From: Mobula hypostoma
Taxonomy: Eukaryota
Assembly: GCF_963921235.1 (NCBI RefSeq)
Contig: NC_086097.1
Location: forward strand, 128,962,001-129,026,000
Reading direction: 5' to 3'
Length of the DNA stretch: 64,000 nt
Shown: piece after piece, positions 61,807 through 64,000 of the stretch
Layout: each line of letters begins with the position of its first letter
How positions within the stretch are numbered: position 1 is the stretch's first letter
Notes under the pieces: model-generated
Told to the model about the DNA's origin: nothing
Databases searched by the model: none
The model's input: only the letters and a program-made list of their open reading frames with translations
Position numbers and translations under genes: made by a program

Positions 61807-61940
61807 ATAACTAACTATAACCACAGTTCAATAAAGTTACAGTCAACGAGTAAGGAAACTAGCACAGAGATTCAATTCACTCGATTCGACAAGTACTGGA
61901 AGGCAGTACGATTTTGCAGCTTCATACAATAGAAGATTTA

Positions 61941-62340
61941 CGCTCAGGGACCACTTCAGGTACCTCCCGTATCTAATAAATTGGCCATTGAGTACGTGTT
62001 TATAGTCTTCTGCTGCTGTAGCCCATTCATTTCGAGGTTCAACATGTTGTGCATTCAGAGATGCTCTTCTGCACTCCACTGTTGTAATGTGTGGCTATTT
62101 GAATTACTGTCACCCTCCTGTCAGCTTGAACCATTCTGGCCATTCTCCTCTAACCTCTCTCATTAACAAGGTACTTGCGGCAACGGAACTATTGCTCACT
62201 GGATTTCTTTGTACTATTCTCTATAAACTCTAGAGACTGCCGTGTGTGAATCGTCCAGGAGATCAGCACTTTTTGAGATACTCAAACCACCCCATCTGAC
62301 ACCAACATTCATTCTACGGTCAAAGTCACTTAGATCACCA
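61941..62340 (-). mobile_element. Non-autonomous Tc1 element of the same family as 49519-50060
   Basis: Reverse-complement similarity to 49670-50060; terminal TIR next to TA at 61939-61940. Confidence 0.85.
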
Positions 62341-62533
62341 TAAATTGAAATACATTCACTAGTGGGTAAGGAGCTCCACTAAATACCAGTGCACAGATAT
62401 GCTCCAGTGATCTGTCTGCACATTACTAGAGAAGATTTCCAAGCACACATTATGTCAGGCTTTTAGGGAGGAAGCAGAGCAACAACTTCTTGTTTGCTCA
62501 CTGCTGCTAACAAAACTACACTACTTGGCATAC

Positions 62534-62641
62534 CATCTGGACCTCTTAAAATAGTAGCATCCTGGAAGAGCTGGAAGTCTCTCGGTGAACTGTCACTGAG
62601 AAATACCAGAAGCAGGTTCCCCACCCTGCTGGTAATATATC
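62534..62641 (-). CDS. Candidate upstream exon (108 nt, phase 1 to 1)
   Basis: Acceptor ctttcttgtcacaatttcAG, donor ATG|GTATGC. Only phase 1 is open (xYITSRVGNLLLVFLSDSSPRDFQLFQDATILRGPD), which is compatible with 58184-58258. No recognised homology. Confidence 0.22.
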
Positions 62642-63384
62642 CTGAAATTGTGACAAGAAAGCTGTATAATTGGAGAGAGGATCTGAACACTTGCACACCT
62701 GCACTAATATAGAACTCAAAAGATGGTTTCAGATTTTCAGAATTGACCCTATGAGTGGTTGCTTTAATTGCACCCCCATCAAAGATGCAAGTTAAGGCTG
62801 GGTCCCTTTAAGAGGAGACACAAGAGATTGAAGATGCTGCAATCTGGAGCAACACACGAACTGATGGATGTACTCAGTGGGTGAGACAGCATCTGTGGCG
62901 GGAAATGGACTTCCAATGTTTTGGGTCAACATGTTCATCTGGACCCTGAATTCCTCCAGCAGTTTGCGTGCTGTGCTAAATTTGTTAAAGCCTGCCTCTC
63001 TGTTTGTGGTCCATACTGTTTCCATTCTGCACGTGCAAACCAGAGGCAGCAGCAGAATGAAATGTGCAATGTTTGACATGGGATGGTAATCCAGGTCCCA
63101 GAATGCTTTCTATACGAATGATACACAAGAACACTTACAACCAAACAACTGAATAGTCACAAGCAATTGGGTTTCGCTGTTAATTCAGTACCGCAAGTCA
63201 ATCCCTTAGATGTTAACAATAAGACACTATGATCGTGATTGCACTGGGGAGATTCACCAGAGGTGGCCTGAAGTAGAGTGTTTCTGTTATCAGGAGAGAC
63301 TGGAGAAGCTGGCTTGGCTGAGGGAGTATCCGAATGAGGTGAACAAAATTCGGAGGGGTATAGATAGGACTGATAATGGGAAAC

Positions 63385-63715
63385 CACTGTTCAATCTTTG
63401 AATCTAATCAAGACTTTCAAACATTGTAGGGACAATTTCTGAATTATTTTCAAAACCTTTGATTTGCTGTTAAAGCACAGATGATGACTAACAATCTTTT
63501 TTCTTTTTTTTCTCTTATTCAGCTTCGGTCTTGGTAGTGGGTTAGATTTTTTTAATATAAAAAAATTATTATTTTTCAATCTTACAAACTAATTAATTTG
63601 TACGAATATAGGGTAAGGAGTCTTTATATGGGATTTAGTTTAATGTATTGACATATATGTTTTTTATCCTGTACTCTGTATTCTTATATATAAATTAATA
63701 AAAATATTGGAAAGA
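63385..63715 (+). mobile_element. Possible L1-clade 3' end
   Basis: FQTL*GQFLNYFQNL-like ORF2 end, T-rich UTR, aataaaaata. Confidence 0.4.
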
Positions 63716-63747
63716 GATCATGGGAAACCAGGATAAGATTTAAGATA

Positions 63748-64000
63748 ACACACACCAAATGCTAGAGGAACTCAGCAAGTCAGGCAGCATCTATGGAAAT
63801 GAATAGATAATCAATGTTTAGGGCCAAGACCCTTCTTCAGGATTGAGAAGGAAGAGGGAAGATGCCAAAATAAAAAGGTGAGGGAGTAGGGGAAAGAGGC
63901 TAGCTGGAAGGTGATAGGTGAATAAAGGTGGGTGGGAAAGGCAGGAGAAGAAGGAATCTGATAGGAGAGGAGAGTAAACCATAGGAGAAAGGGAAGGAGG
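63748..64000 (-). mobile_element. Penelope-like terminus and 3' UTR, running off the window
   Basis: Similar to 1575-1850 and 43742-44000. Confidence 0.85.

Noticed and set aside
1..64000. Prokaryotic systems, CRISPR arrays, tRNA or rRNA genes
   Set aside because: No regularly spaced repeats or operon-like ORFs; the tRNA-like boxes are SINE heads

Overview
Eukaryotic, repeat-dense genomic DNA; no prokaryotic features and no CRISPR. The repeat mix (many CR1 LINEs, V-SINE/HE1-like and DeuSINE-like SINEs, Penelope GIY-YIG elements, Rex1/Babar) suggests a cartilaginous fish, probably a ray (inference). Two minus-strand coding exons (6096-5881 and 2767-2515) splice in frame and encode a multi-pass membrane segment I recognise as OFCC1/ojoplano. 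Most of the rest looks like long intron(s) of that gene, with two weaker exon candidates near 58.2 and 62.6 kb. The mobile elements are all degenerate: a full-length CsRn1-type Gypsy, a solo LTR, an R4/Dong-type fragment, RTE, an L1 ORF1 fragment, and Tc1, Tigger and hAT derivatives. The most unusual items are (i) a 446-bp hAT-ended foldback whose arms carry mirrored Tc1 transposase sequence, (ii) a young 194-bp Penelope-derived hairpin with a 13-bp TSD whose fold-back point lies inside the hammerhead motif, (iii) a 467-bp highly structured insertion with an 11-bp TSD and a candidate HDV-like 5' fold, (iv) a composite unit bounded by two mini-MITEs, and (v) a Tigger element resembling mammalian Tigger3. 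Family names come from motif recognition, not database searches. Boundaries of decayed repeats are approximate.
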